Below are positions 35,325-47,904 of a stretch of DNA of 64,000 nt, in pieces. Origin of the DNA: Eledone cirrhosa (taxonomy: Eukaryota); NCBI GenBank assembly GCA_964016885.1, contig OZ024755.1, positions 31,186,001-31,250,000 of the forward strand. Direction: 5' to 3'. How positions within the stretch are numbered: position 1 is the first letter of the stretch; each line of letters starts with the position of its first letter. Under the pieces are notes generated by a model. That model did not search any database, had not been told where the DNA came from, and worked only from the letters and a program-made list of their open reading frames with translations. Position numbers and translations under genes: made by a program.

Positions 35325-37290
35325 TCATCATCATCATCATCATCATTTAATGTCTATCTTCCAGGCTAGCATGGGTTAGACAGGTTGGCCCATTAGAGGC
35401 AAGTTGGGTCGGGTGATCATGTTTTGCTCATATAGGACTGTTTCTGGCTAGGTTTTTACAGCTGGATGTGCTTCCTAACACCAACCTCATTTACAGTGAG
35501 TACTGGGTGTTTTTTGTTGTGACACCAATACAACCACTTTATACAGCGTAGGCTGGGTACTTTTTGTGGTGACACCAATACAACCACTTTACAGTGAGTA
35601 CTGGGTGTTTTTTGTTGTGACACTAATACAACCACTTTATACAGTGTAGGCTGGGTACTTTTTGTCATGACACCAATACAACCACTTTACAGTGTAGGCT
35701 GGGTACTTTTTGTTGTGACACCTACACAACCTCTTTACAGTGTAGGCTGAGTACTTTTTGTTGTGACACCTACACAACCTCTTTACAGTGTAGGCTGAGT
35801 ACTTTTTGTTGTGACACCTACACAACCTCTTTACAGTGTGGGCTGCGTACTTTTTGTTGTGACACCTGCATGACCTCTTTACAGTGTCGGCTGGATGTAT
35901 TTAGTTGTGACACCAACAAAACTTTACAGTGTAATGGTGGGGTGGACAGAAGTGGATGGGTGGGGGTATAGTGGTTAAGAGGTGCCTACTAGATATATGT
36001 TTGAGTCATCTGTATTACGCATAACGCCAAGCATCTCGAACCTGTCATTGTCTTTGAGAAGTGCAATTGTGTAAGTTCAGCTTTTATCATTGGGTTTTCA
36101 TACTCCATAGCTTTTTATACAGCTGTCACCTTCATACACATCTCATGACCATACTCATACAATCTCCTCTCAAGCAGACTGCATCTGATCACTCCTGTGT
36201 CTAATTTCTCTCTTAGTTTATGCTTTACTGTTCATGTATATTACTATTACACTTCAATTGGAGCATGCAGGCTTCATTTCTTTCCAATCTTCTCAGGTCC
36301 TCTGCACACTGTGCTCAGGTCTCACTACCATGTAGCATTGCTGTTTGTATACATGCAGCATACAATCTGCCCTTCATTTTAAGGAAAAGCCTTTTGTGGC
36401 CAACAGCGGTATTAGCACTCTTAAATTCATCCATCCTATTCTTACTCTGGATACTGTACTTTTGGAACACCCTCCACCACTACTGATTTCATCACCCAGG
36501 TAAGAGAAAGTATCGACTATTTCTACAGAACCATCTGGGCAGTCGAAGGAGCTAGTATCCTGTGGGCACTTGCTACTTACTGCACCTGTGCACTGGCCAT
36601 ATATAAAAACCTACATTTTTTAATAGCCTGCCTGTGATCCCACTACATCCTACATCTTTTATGTACCCATAGCTTGCATTTGGGACATAAAATGGAATTT
36701 CTTGCTACTCCTTTCCTGCACACCGAGCAAGGTCGTTTCCCAGAGGGAATCTGTGCCCAGTTTTCCTTTCTACATACTAAAACTTTTGTCTTTGACAAGT
36801 TAAATTTAAGACCATTTGATTCTACGCCATACTTCCAGGTTTGGAATTTCTTCTCTAATTCTGCCATAGATTCAGCTATGAGGATTCGATTATCTGCATA
36901 CAGAAGTTTCCATAGGCAGCCAGTCTTAAATTCTTCTGTCATAGCCTGTAGGGCAATAATAAACAGGAGAGGGCTAAGGACGGAGCCTTGGTGAACATCT
37001 ACTATTACGCTAAATTTTTCACTATATCCATTGTTAATTCTAATCTTGCTGACTGTTCCTCTATACATGGCTTGTACAGCTCTCATAAGCCACTCATATA
37101 CTCTTAGTTTTCTAAGAGTCCACCAGATAATGAAATGGGGGACTCTGTCAAAGGCTTTCCCAGAGTCAACAAAGGCTAAGTAGAAGAGTTAACTTTTAGC
37201 TAAGTACTTCTGCAGTTGCCTCACGAGGAAGAGAGCATCAAGTGGTACTTTTACTTGGCACTAATCCAAACTGTATTTCATCAAGTGACT
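35325..37290 (-). mobile_element. Degraded RTE copy with ~48-50-bp tandem expansion in its 3' UTR (35490-35930)
   Basis: VHQGSVLSPLLF, LLYADN, PCSVCRKGV...; (CAT)n tail. Confidence 0.9.
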
Positions 37291-37336
37291 TTCATATATA
37301 TATATATTTATAATGTATGTGTATGTATATATATAT

Positions 37337-38989
37337 ATCATCATCATCATCATCGTTTAACGTCCATATTCCACGCTTGCATGGGTTTGGACGGGAGTTT
37401 TCTCACTAGAGGCAAGAGTGGTTGTCTTGCTCGCATAGGACTGTCTGGCGGGTTTTCTACGGCTGGATGCCCTTCCTAACACCAACCACGTTTACAGTGT
37501 GGGTCTGGGAGGTTTTTACCGTGTTACCTACACGGCCACATTACAGCGTGGACTGTGTGTTTTTTTGTTGTGACACTTACACGACCTCATTTGTTTCGGA
37601 CTGGATGTTGTGGTACCAACATAACTTTACATTGAAAGGGGTGGTGTGGATGGGGTGGGGGTAGTGGGACGGGGGTGTATTTTTGTTAGAGGTGCCTACT
37701 GACTGTAGTAGGTTTCACTTTGTACTTAGGTAAGGCGGGTCTTCTGTATTACTGTGTAGCGCAAAGATCTCGGTCCAGTGACATTGTCTTGGAGAGGTGT
37801 AAGTGCGTGAGGTCGGAATTTATCAAGTCGTCCCAGGTTTTTCTGGGTCTGCCTACTCCGTGGCTACCATCTGTTTTTATTGCCCTGCACTTTTTTATAC
37901 AGCTGTCGTCTTTCATGCGCATCATGTGACCATACCAACGTAGTCTTCTCTCGAGTAAACAACATCTGATCCCTCTTATTTCTAATTTTTCCCTTAGTTC
38001 GTTTATGCTTTGCCGTTCACGTATATTACTATTACACATCCAGCAGAGCATGCAAGCTTCGTTCCTCTACAGCCTGCCTTTCATTTTTAGAGAGAACCCT
38101 TTAGTGGCTAATAGTGGTATAAGCTCTCTGAACTTTTTCCATCCAGTTCTGACTCTAGCTACTGTACTTTCAGAGCACCCTCCACCACTGCTGATTTTGT
38201 CACCCAAGTAACGGAAGGTGTCCACTATTTCTATAGAACCATCTGTGCAATGGAATAAGCTAGTATTGTGGGCACTTGCTGCTACTTATTGCACCAGAGC
38301 ACCGGCCACATATAAAATCTATGTTCTTAGTTAGCTTACCTGTGATCTCACTACATCTTTTATGCACCCATACTTTGCATTTGGGACATAAAATGGAGTT
38401 TCTACCTACTCCTTTCCTACACACTGAGCATGGCCATTTTCCAGATGGGACCGGTGCCCTATTTTCCTTCCTACAAACTAGAACTTTAGTCTTAGACAGG
38501 TTAATTTTAAGGCCTTTTGATTCTAGGCCATGCTTCCATGTTTGGAATTTCTTCTCTAGTTCAGCCATTGATTCAGCTATGAGCGTTAGATCATCTGCGT
38601 ATTGGAGTTCCCATGGGCAGCCGGTCTTGAACTCCACTGTTATAGCCTGTAGGGCAATAATAAATAGTAGGGGGTTAAGAACGGAGCCCTGATGAACACC
38701 AACTTTTACGCTAAACTCTTCACTATATTCGTTGTTAATTCTAACCTTGCTGACTGTTTCTTTATACATGGCTTGTATAGCTCTCACAAGCCATTCATCA
38801 ACACCTAGTTTTTTAAGAGCCCATCAGATAATGGAACGGGGGACTCTGTCAAAGGGTTTCTCCAAGTCGACAAAAGCTAAGTATAGGGGTTTACTTTTAG
38901 CTAGGTACTTCTCCTGTAGTTGTCGTACAATGAAAAGAGCGTCTGTGGTACTTTTACCTGACACAAACCCGAACTGCATTTCATCTAGA
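37337..38989 (-). mobile_element. RTE family A copy, 5'-truncated with internal deletion
   Basis: GVHQGSVLNP, QYADD, PHD-like cluster, RLRWYGH; deletion near 38068; 5' end at a TA tract. Confidence 0.94.
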
Positions 38990-39028
<39 letters not shown>

Positions 39029-39059
39029 TTAGGTTTATTGGTTCACCACTTGATAGAAC

Positions 39060-39400
39060 TGGTCATTGCGTATGGTCAACCTCGATGTAATATTATGGAG
39101 AGCACTCAACGTAATGCAACTCACCCGTCTTCGTTTGTGTAGTTGGTGGTGCGAGTACGGAGTTAATTATTATAAAATAACAGGAGGTTGGACTGGTGTA
39201 ATTCCTTGAAAGGTTTATTATACTATGATCATTTCAGTGACCGGGTTCAGTATGAATCCGGTGACATCATCAGATATTCAAAATATAACAAAGGAATATA
39301 ACAGACAAAATCCATGGGGCTGAAAATCAGAGACATGATGGCGACTGAACATTTAGCAGCTTCTACCCCGGTCGGCCGCCCTCAAGTTACCCTAAATATA
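39060..39400 (-). mobile_element. Penelope-like pLTR remnant with hammerhead motif (39220-39277)
   Basis: Minus strand: atat-CTGATGA-tgtcaccgg(attcatactgaac)ccggtcact-GAAA-tgatca-TA-gtat, then aataaa and ttgagtgctc. Confidence 0.68.
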
Positions 39401-39464
39401 TATATTTATAAAATCACTTTCTCTCTCGACAGAGAGAGAGCGAGAGAGAGAGAGAGAGAGAAAG

Positions 39465-40692
39465 GGTCAAATTAGATGAGATGCAGTTTGATTTTGTGCC
39501 TGGGAAAAGTGCAACAGATACCCTCTTCTTAGTGAGATAACTACAAGAGAGGTTCTTAGAGATGAATAAGCCACTATACATAGCTTTTGTTGACCTAGAG
39601 AAGGCCTTTGATAGGGTACCCCGAAGCTCTCATCAGGTGGTCCTTAAGGAAAATAGGTGTAGAGGAATATATATATACGAATATATATATACATGTATAT
39701 ATATATATACGTATATATATATGGTTATATATACACAGGGGCAGTAAGTAGCGAGAACCCTCAGGATACAATCACCTTCAAATGCTTAGAGTGCTCGGTA
39801 GAAGTGGTAGATAGTTTGTTACCTGGGTGACCAAATCAATAGTGGGGGAGGGCGTTCTGAAAGCACAGAAACCAGAGTGAGATTGGTTGGTGAAAGTTCA
39901 GGGAGCTACTACCGCTGCTAACTACCAAAGGTCTTTTCCTCAAAATGACAGGCAGACCGTATGAAGCATGTATAAGAACAACAATGTTACACAGCAGTGA
40001 GACCTGGGCACTGTCTGCTGAGGACCTGCAAAGATTAGAAAGAAATGAAGCCTCCATTCTTAGATAGATGTGCAATAGCAATATACGTGAATGGCAAAGC
40101 ATAAATGTAATGTGTGAGATATTAGGCATAAGAGGGATGTATAATAAGGTGGAGAGTGCTCAAAGTCTATGGTAGCTATAGAGTGGAAAGACCTAGGAAG
40201 ACTTGGGATGAGGCTGCGCAATTACACCTCACTAAGTCGATGACACAGGACAGTGTTCTCAGGTGCTATGAAGTGTTTCAGAAGACCTGCCCCCACCCCC
40301 CCATATGCTTGAGCTGCTATCTAATAGGCAACACCTCCCTCTACCATACACCTCCTTTACTGTAACCATCCTTCCCCTATTACCGATGTTCTCAATTTCC
40401 CCAAGCTTCTCTTCCCCACCCCACTAATACCCATCCTACACCATAAAGTAGGACTCTCCTGGAGCTGCGACAAAAGTTCCCAGCGATCACTGTACAGTGG
40501 TCATATATGTGTCAAGACGAAAGCCCTCAGTCCACACTATAAATGTGGTTGGTGTTAGGAAGGGCATCCAGCTGTAGAAACCAAGCCCAAATCAACCCCA
40601 GGTGAGTGAAACACGGTCCTCTGACCTGATTCTCTCGCAACGGGTCAGCCCGTCCTACCCATGCTAGCATGGAAAATGGATGTTAAATGATG
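39465..40692 (+). mobile_element. Old RTE copy with internal deletion occupied by a TA tract
   Basis: LDEMQFDFVPGK, AFVDLEKAFDRVP, TA tract 39667-39735, then remnants of YLGDQI, FRELLPLL and RPRKTWDE; tail ggatgttaaatgatga. Confidence 0.88.
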
Positions 40693-40759
<67 letters not shown>

Positions 40760-41082
40760 TGTGTATGTATGTGTGTGTATTCTATATTTCAATGTATGTG
40801 TGTGTATTCTATATTTTTATGTATGTATGTGTTTTCTGATTCACTGTTCTTCTGAGTTTAAATCCTACTGAGGTCAACTTTTGTGGTTGATAAATAAAGT
40901 ACAAGTGAAGTACTGGGATTAATTCGTCCTCCCTCCCCCTCCCAACACACACACACTTTTAACCATTTAGTTACCAACCCGGCCATAACCAGCTCTGGTT
41001 CTATGAAATAAAGCCACCCATTTTAAAGATTTCCAATTTAAATTAAAATCTGCTGACATTAAGTTACATTCTTGGTAATGAA

Positions 41083-42340
41083 ATCATCATCATCATCATC
41101 GTTTAACGTCCATCTTCCATGCTAGCATGGGTTAGACGGTTTTGTTCCATTTGATGTGGGGGGAATGGTCGGCAGACCGTATCTCGCTCGCACAGAAGCG
41201 TCTCTGGCAGGTTTTTTTTTACAGCTGGATGACCTTCCTAACACCAACCACATTTACAGTGTGGACTGGGAGCCTTTTTACCATGTCTCCTACATGACCA
41301 CCTTACAGTGTGGACTGGGAGCCTTTTCACCGTGTCTCCTACATGACCACTTTACAGTGTGGACTGGGAGCCTTTTCACCGTGTCTCCTACATGACCACC
41401 TTACAGTGTGGACTGGGAGCCTTTTCACCGTGTCTCCTACATGACCACCTTACAGTGTGGACTGGGAGCCTTTTCACCGTGTCTCCTACATGACCACCTT
41501 ACAGTGTGGACTGGGAGCCTTTTCACCGTGTCTCCTACATGACCACCTTACAGTGTGGACTGGGAGCCTTTTCACCGTGTCTCCTACATGACCACCTTAC
41601 AGTGTGGACTGGGAGCCTTTTCACCGTGTCTCCTACATGACCACCTTACAGTGTGGACTGGGAGCCTTTTCACCGTGTCTCCTACATGACCACTTTACAG
41701 TGTGGACTGGGAGCCTTTTCACCGTGTCTCCTACATGACCACCTTACAGTGTGGACTGGGAGCCTTTTCACCGTGTCTCCTACATGACCACCTTACAGTG
41801 TGGACTGGGAGCCTTTTCACCGTGTCTCCTACATGACCACTTTACAGTGTGGACTGGGAGCCTTTTTACCATGTCTCCTACATGACCACCTTACAGTGTG
41901 GACTGGGAGCCTTTTCACCGTGTCTCCTACATGACCACCTTACAGTGTGGACTGGGAGCCTTTTCACCGTGTCTCCTACATGACCACCTTACAGTGTGGA
42001 CTGGGAGCCTTTTCACCGTGTCTCCTACATGACCACCTTACAGTGTGGACTGGGAGCCTTTTCACTGTGTCTCCTACACGACCACCTTACAGTGTAGACT
42101 GGGAGCCTTTTTACCATGTCTCCTACATGACCACCTTATAGTGTGGACTGGGAGCCTTTTACCATGTCTCCTACATGACCACTTTACAGTGTAGACTGGG
42201 AGCCTTTTCACTGTGTCTCCTACACGGCCACCTTACAGTGTGCACTGCTGTGTCATCGACACAGTGGACGGAACGGGAAAGGGAGGGTGGGGTGGGGGTG
42301 TACATTGAGTTAAGAGGTGCCTACTGACTGTAGGTTTGTA
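41083..42340 (-). mobile_element. RTE 3' UTR fragment containing a 49-bp minisatellite
   Basis: (CAT)n tail, ccttcctaacaccaaccacatttacagtg, array, then gaggtgcctactgactgtaggttt. Confidence 0.85.
41254..42242. repeat. 49-bp minisatellite (~20 units)
   Basis: Unit ttacagtgtggactgggagccttttcaccgtgtctcctacatgaccacc. Confidence 0.97.
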
Positions 42341-42578
42341 TGCAATGGTTAGTAAATCCCTAAAAAATCTTCATTAAATAATTGAAATAGTGTATTTCAT
42401 TAGAAATACATTGGTGAAAGGGTTAAACCTTTATATGTATCAGCTGTAAACTTTCTTGTTCCATGTGATGAGAGAGACGGAATAAAGAATGAAGTGAAAG
42501 TTGGTAAAGTTTGAGAGAATCACGAGTGGAATTATAGATTGTTGTGAGAGTGGCAGTAGTTTCTCTTGTTTAGGTTAT

Positions 42579-43080
42579 CTACCACCACTACTACTACCAC
42601 CACCACCACTACTACTACTACTACTACCACCACCACCACTATCACCGCCACCACCACCACCACCACCGCCACCACCACCACCATCACCACCACCACCACC
42701 ACCACCATCACCACCCACCACCACCACCACCATCACCACCCACCACCACCACCACCACCACCACCACCACCCACCACCACCACCACCATCACCACCACCA
42801 CCACCGCCACCACCACCACCATCACCACCACCACCACCACCACCACCATCACCACCCACCACCACCACCACCACCACCACCACCACCACCACCACCACCA
42901 CCACCACCACCCACCACCACCACCACCCACCATCACCACCACCACCACCATCACCACCACCACCACCACCATCACCACCACCACCACCACCACCACCACC
43001 ACCACCACCACCACCACAACCACCACCATCACCACCACCACCACCACAACCACCACCACCACCACCACCACCACCACCAA
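42579..43080. repeat. (CCA)n trinucleotide tract
   Basis: Direct reading. Confidence 0.97.
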
Positions 43081-43289
43081 TACAGCTAATCTCTGACCTT
43101 TGTTTAATATGTTAAATTGTAGGATAAACTAAACTTGGTTTATAAAACTACAGATGCTCTCCTACAGTGTCTCTCTCTCTCCCTCTCTATCTCTCCCCCC
43201 TCTCCACTATTCCTCTGCCCCCCCCCCTCAACAGCCCCCCCCCCTTCTCTCTGTATGTTTATATATATATATATATATAAATAGAATAG

Positions 43290-43692
43290 AATGAAACGAA
43301 ATTTCATTTCTCACTCTTAGTACGGCAGTTACTTAAATGTAAGTATGTATGTATCTATACGTACATACATATATGTATGCAGACGTACAGTAGTATGTAT
43401 ATATATACATACATGCACACATATATATATGCACGTATCGGTTTATCGAACATTTATTATAATGTTCGGTTTGTTTGTAAACAAACAAACAGCCCGAATT
43501 ACGCCGTACAGTGTTTAGGCAACCACGTCACCTTTTTGTTCAACACTGACACAGGAACGATGTACTAGTTTCAAGCTTATTAGCTATCGTCAGCATCGTA
43601 TACCTACCTGCCAGATGGTTGAACGTCTGAAAGTATATACTTTCCTTATGCATATTAACGGCTGAGCAGCCTAATTTGCATATCGAGTGAGT
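43290..43692. mobile_element. Second copy of the unclassified repeat at 27160-27682
   Basis: Shared ctcactcttagtacggc and gaaagtatatactttccttatgcatattaacggctgagcagcctaatttgcatatcgagtgagtt. Confidence 0.6.
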
Positions 43693-43704
43693 TTGAGTGA
43701 GTGA

Positions 43705-43738
<34 letters not shown>

Positions 43739-43739
43739 T

Positions 43740-43962
43740 CAGTTTACTCAGCTGTAGAAATGAGATTATAGGGACTGGGGTCCCTATCATTCCACTGCAA
43801 AGTGGTGGTGGAGGCGCCATGGCAAAAAAGCACCCAGCACTCACTGTAAATGAGATTGGTGTTAGGAAGGGCATCCAGCTGTAGAAATCAAGCCAGAATC
43901 AGTTCCCGTCCCACCCTTGCGAGCAGGGAAAAACGGACGTAAAATGATGATGATGATGATGA
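43740..43962 (+). mobile_element. SINE 1 copy, 5'-truncated
   Basis: cagtttactcagctgtagaaatgag...cccacccttgcgagcaggg...(GAT)n. Confidence 0.86.
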
Positions 43963-44009
43963 TATATATATATATTTAAAAAAAATAGAGGTGTGACACA
44001 TATATAGGT

Positions 44010-44795
44010 TAAAAGGAAAAGAAAATGCTGACAAATTTTTCCCTGTGAAAAATAGTTTAATTAAGAATAAGTATAAATTAGTAATAAGTATTACTTAGTA
44101 TTCAGTTTTAGTTTTAACACACACACGCGAACACTAACATACAGACAGGCATACACACCTTCTCCGTATAAGACAAGAGCTGAAAAATATGTTTCAATGT
44201 GTTAAAATAACCCCTCCCCCTCCCCCCCCCACCCACACACACATACACACACATTCCTACTGATTCATTCATTTCCATTATCACAACAATGAACCACTTT
44301 GCTACATACACACACATATTTGTCTTAATAGACACCTGAACTGTTTGACTTCTCAGCATGACTGCAACTCAATCAAGCGGAAAAGGACACTCTTCGACAA
44401 ACCTACATTTGGCGCGAAACCAGTTCGCGTTAAAATCAATTTAAACATTCACGTGACTTCTACCGACCAATCAAAATTGTTTTGACTACAAGAATTTTTG
44501 CAACGCGAATTGGCGCGAAATTTATAGTGCTTATTCACGTGACATTCAACAACCAACCAAATCTTAATACCTCCCAAGCCACTTTTTTCACATAAAACAG
44601 GAAGAATTTCCAAAACTGATCAGATTAGAGCAAAAATCACGAGCACTCTATCTCAAAATTATTTTTCAAAAGTATAAGAAATGCGCAACTGGTAAAAACT
44701 TAAAACTAAAACTGAATACTAACTAATACTTATTCCTAATTAAACTATTTTTCACTGGGAAAAATTTGTCAGCATTTTCTTTTCCTTTTTACTAA
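44010..44795. mobile_element. Element bounded by ~100-bp inverted repeats, carrying promoter-like motifs
   Basis: 44011-44115 is inverted to 44702-44790; internal TTGGCGCGAAA x2, TTCACGTGAC x2, CCAATC. Confidence 0.55.
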
Positions 44796-44807
44796 TATAT
44801 ATATATA

Positions 44808-45513
44808 TCATCATCATCATCATCTTTGTTTAACGTCCATTTTCCACACTAGCATGGGTTAGACGGGAGTTGTCCCACTTGAGGCAAAGTTGGTCGGGTG
44901 ACTGTGTCTCGCTCATATAGGACTATCTGGCAGGTTTTCTACGGCTGGATACCCTTCTTAACACCAACCACATTTAGAGTGTGGAACTGGGAACTTTTTA
45001 CCGTGTTACCTACACGGCCACATTACAGCGTGGACTGTGTGTTTTTTCTTGTGACACCTACACGATCTCGATCTCATTATCTCATTTATTTGGACTGGAT
45101 GTTGTGGTACCAACTTTACAGAGAGAGGGTGGTGTTGATGGGAGGATAGATTCGGGGTAGTGGATTTGGGTGTATATTTGGTTAAGAGGTGCCTACTGAC
45201 TGTAGGTTTCGCTTTGTAAATAGGCAAGGTGGGTCTTCTGTATTACTGCGTAGCGCCAAATATCTCGGTCCAGTGACATTGTCTTAGAGAGGTGCAAGTG
45301 TGTAAGGTCGGAATTTATTAGATCGTCCCAGGTTTTTCTGGGTCTACCTACTCCATAACTACCATCAATTTTGATCGCCCTGCACTTTTTTATATGGCTG
45401 TCGTCTTTCATGCGCATCACGTGACCATACCAACGTAGTCTTCTCTCAAGTAAACAGCATCTGATTCCTCTTATTCCTAATTTCTCACTTAGTTCATTTA
45501 TGCTTTGCCGTTC

Positions 45514-45516
<3 letters not shown>
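44808..45516 (-). mobile_element. RTE family A-related 3' fragment
   Basis: HERQSINELSEKLGIRG...RLRWYGHV...GRPRKTW; UTR and (CAT)n tail. Confidence 0.92.
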
Positions 45517-45563
<47 letters not shown>

Positions 45564-45627
45564 TTTGTTTTTGAATTTGTTTTGCAAGATTTCTTATGTT
45601 GAAACAGGGTTATAAAATTTTATAACC

Positions 45628-46240
45628 CTGACTATGTATTCCCCTTACGTAGATGACATAAACGATATAGTAAAAACACCCCCACAAGGGAATGTCAGGA
45701 ATTAGAGAAGAATACCATGGAAAGCATCCAGCAAATAGCTAACTCCATCCACCATAGTGTTAAAGTTACTATAGACTACCCAAATAAACACCCCAACCAT
45801 AGATTACCCGTACTAGACACAGAACTCTGGTTGGAAACTATTAGTAATAGAACACAAATCCTCCATTCACATTATGCCAAACCCATGACTTCCAAATACC
45901 TGATCCACTGAAACTCAGCTGTTTTGGATCACATGAAAATCAATAAACTGATTGCAGACTTAATGATGAGGAACGTGTCCCACATGTGCAACCCTAAAGA
46001 ATTAGAGAGACACATACAACACTTCATCCACCGCATGCAGTTCTCTGGCTAACATCAGAGAGACAAGATCAGGGTATATAAAGGAGCCAGAACTAAATGG
46101 GCAAAGATTGTAGAAAATGATGCAAATGGAACTTGCCCCGTCTATAGGAGCACATTTTGGAACAGAATAGAAAGGATTAGGAATAAGGCAAATAAAATAA
46201 ACTCATGGTCTGATAGCAATAAATACCAGTGTAATGTTTA
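45628..46240 (+). pseudogene. Penelope-like element RT C-terminal remnant
   Basis: MYSPYVDDIN; after a frameshift IANSIH..VKVTIDYP..H...LPVLD.ELW...ILHSHYAKPMTS, MRNVS, RMQFSG, PVYRS; contains stops and frameshifts. Confidence 0.8.
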
Positions 46241-46407
46241 TCAATACAATCCCCAGAGCCACACACACAAACCAAACTAACAAAACAAATTACACACACA
46301 GACAGAACAAACAACATACACACCTGGATGTAATGCATGCGCAAACTAAGCACACAAAAACAAGATGGTGTAGGACAGAATAAAGGAGAGAGACAAAATA
46401 AAAACCT

Positions 46408-46452
46408 AGTCACTGAAGAGGTCATAAAATGTGTGACGAAAGAGCTTTGGCA
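46408..46452 (+). ncRNA. Minimal hammerhead motif in the pLTR downstream of the PLE RT remnant
   Basis: agtca-CTGAAGA-ggtcat(aaaatg)tgtgac-GAAA-gagc-TT-tggc. Confidence 0.68.
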
Positions 46453-46592
46453 ATATATAAAGAACCATCCGGCTATCGAACCAACCAATTGGAAATTTAT
46501 AATAAATTGAAGTGAAAACCAACAGGTGTATGTGTGTGTTTATAGGCAGCATGACCCTCCTAAAGTAAAACAATATTATATATATATATATA

Positions 46593-47073
46593 TCATCATC
46601 ATCATCATCATCATCACCGTTTTACGTCCGTTCTTCCACGCTAGCATGGGTTAGACGGGTTGTCCTGTTGTGGGCAGTGTCTGGTTGGCTGACCATGCCT
46701 TGCTCATACAGGAACTGATTCTGGCTTGATTTCTACAGCTGGATGCCCTTCCTAACACCAACCTCATTTACAGTGAGTGCTGGGTACTTTTTCGTGGCGC
46801 CTACACGTCCACTTTACAGTGTGGGCTGGGTGCTTTTTTGCCGTGGCACCTCCACCTTGCAGTGGGGGGTGTGGGGGCATATTATCTATATGCTTCAGCT
46901 TGTACCCATGGGAGGTCGGGTACTCTGTATTACTACGTGACGCGAGAGGTCACGATCGTGTGTCATTGCCTTTGAGATGTGTAATTGGGTAAGGTCGGCT
47001 TTTATCACCTCATCCCAGGTCATCTTCGGTCTCCCCACTCCCCGGTTTCCATCGACTTCTAGTGCTCTGCACC

Positions 47074-47078
<5 letters not shown>
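46593..47078 (-). mobile_element. RTE LINE 3' end (family C; UTR shares sequence with SINE 1 body)
   Basis: KRCRALEVDGNRGVGRPKMTWDEV; UTR contains ggaactgattctggcttgatttctacagctggatgcccttcctaacaccaacctcatttacagtgagtgctggg, as in SINE 1. Confidence 0.85.
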
Positions 47079-47110
<32 letters not shown>

Positions 47111-47241
47111 GTAATCTGAGTTTTTCGAATATTAATAATAACATTCGATTCGTTTGCAATTATGCAAACAAGCCTCATTTTTAAAGCCATGTCAGTAGAA
47201 TGAACACTTCATTCTTGCTCATGTGTTGGCATGTAAACAGA

Positions 47242-47287
47242 GCTACAGACACTAACGTTTCTGGGTATCACCCTTCATCAGTACAGC
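47242..47287 (-). ncRNA. Compact hammerhead ribozyme-like motif with GUC site
   Basis: Minus strand: gctgta-CTGATGA-aggg(tgata)ccca-GAAA-c(gttagt)g-TC-tgtagc. Confidence 0.65.
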
Positions 47288-47721
47288 TCACTGAGTAGTG
47301 GTTGTAGTGGTGGGGGTGGTGGAGGTTGTGGGGGTAGTGGTTCCACTGCTTGTTGTGGTTCTTACTAATGATAGATTTTGCTTTGTGTGGCGTTGTTGTT
47401 GTTGGTGTGGTGGTATTGGTAACCAGCCCTTTACTAGTGTGATGGTGATGATGGTGGTGATAGTTTTACTAGCTGTTAGTAGGGGGTGTCTGAGGTTGGA
47501 ATTAATTAGCTAAGAACACAGAATGACAACATTAATTATTTATAAAATAATGGCAAATGAGGGTGGGGGCGGGGGAATTAATTAGCAAGATTTAAAATGA
47601 AAATTAATGAAAAAACAAAAAAAAAATACTACAACAATATTTTTTGGTTCATTTTAAATACTTTGATTTGGTAAAATCATCAGAATCAATTAAGACTGAT
47701 TGGAATGGGGGCGGCGGGGAT

Positions 47722-47850
47722 TTAACATTTTCATTACCATATTTCTAATTAAAGACACTGTCTATGTCATTAACCCTTTCATTACCATATTTCTAATGAA
47801 AGACACTGTCTATGTCTTTAACCCTTTCATACCATATTTCTAGTGAAAGA
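47722..47850. repeat. 2.5 units of the 48-bp TTAACCCTTT repeat
   Basis: Same unit as 25691-26786. Confidence 0.88.
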
Positions 47851-47904
47851 TGCTGCATATATATTTAACAATGTAATTATATCAATATATAAAAATATCG
47901 ACTC

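Larger units (their letters stand above)
40958..42426. mobile_element. piggyBac-like MITE (TTAA ends) interrupted by an RTE 3' fragment
   Basis: Left end TTAAccatttagttacc; right end ggtgaaaggg TTAA. The right end is the reverse complement of the 48-bp minisatellite unit at 25691. Confidence 0.55.

Noticed and set aside
42501-43115. Extensin/proline-rich or poly-Thr/His protein (also 26755-27062)
   Set aside because: (CCA)n tract open in several frames with frame-shifting interruptions; no supporting gene structure.
45908-45912. In-frame TGA in the PLE RT as selenocysteine readthrough (as in some Naiad elements)
   Set aside because: The copy also has frameshifts and TAA/TAG stops; CGA-to-TGA decay is the simpler explanation, and no SECIS was identified.
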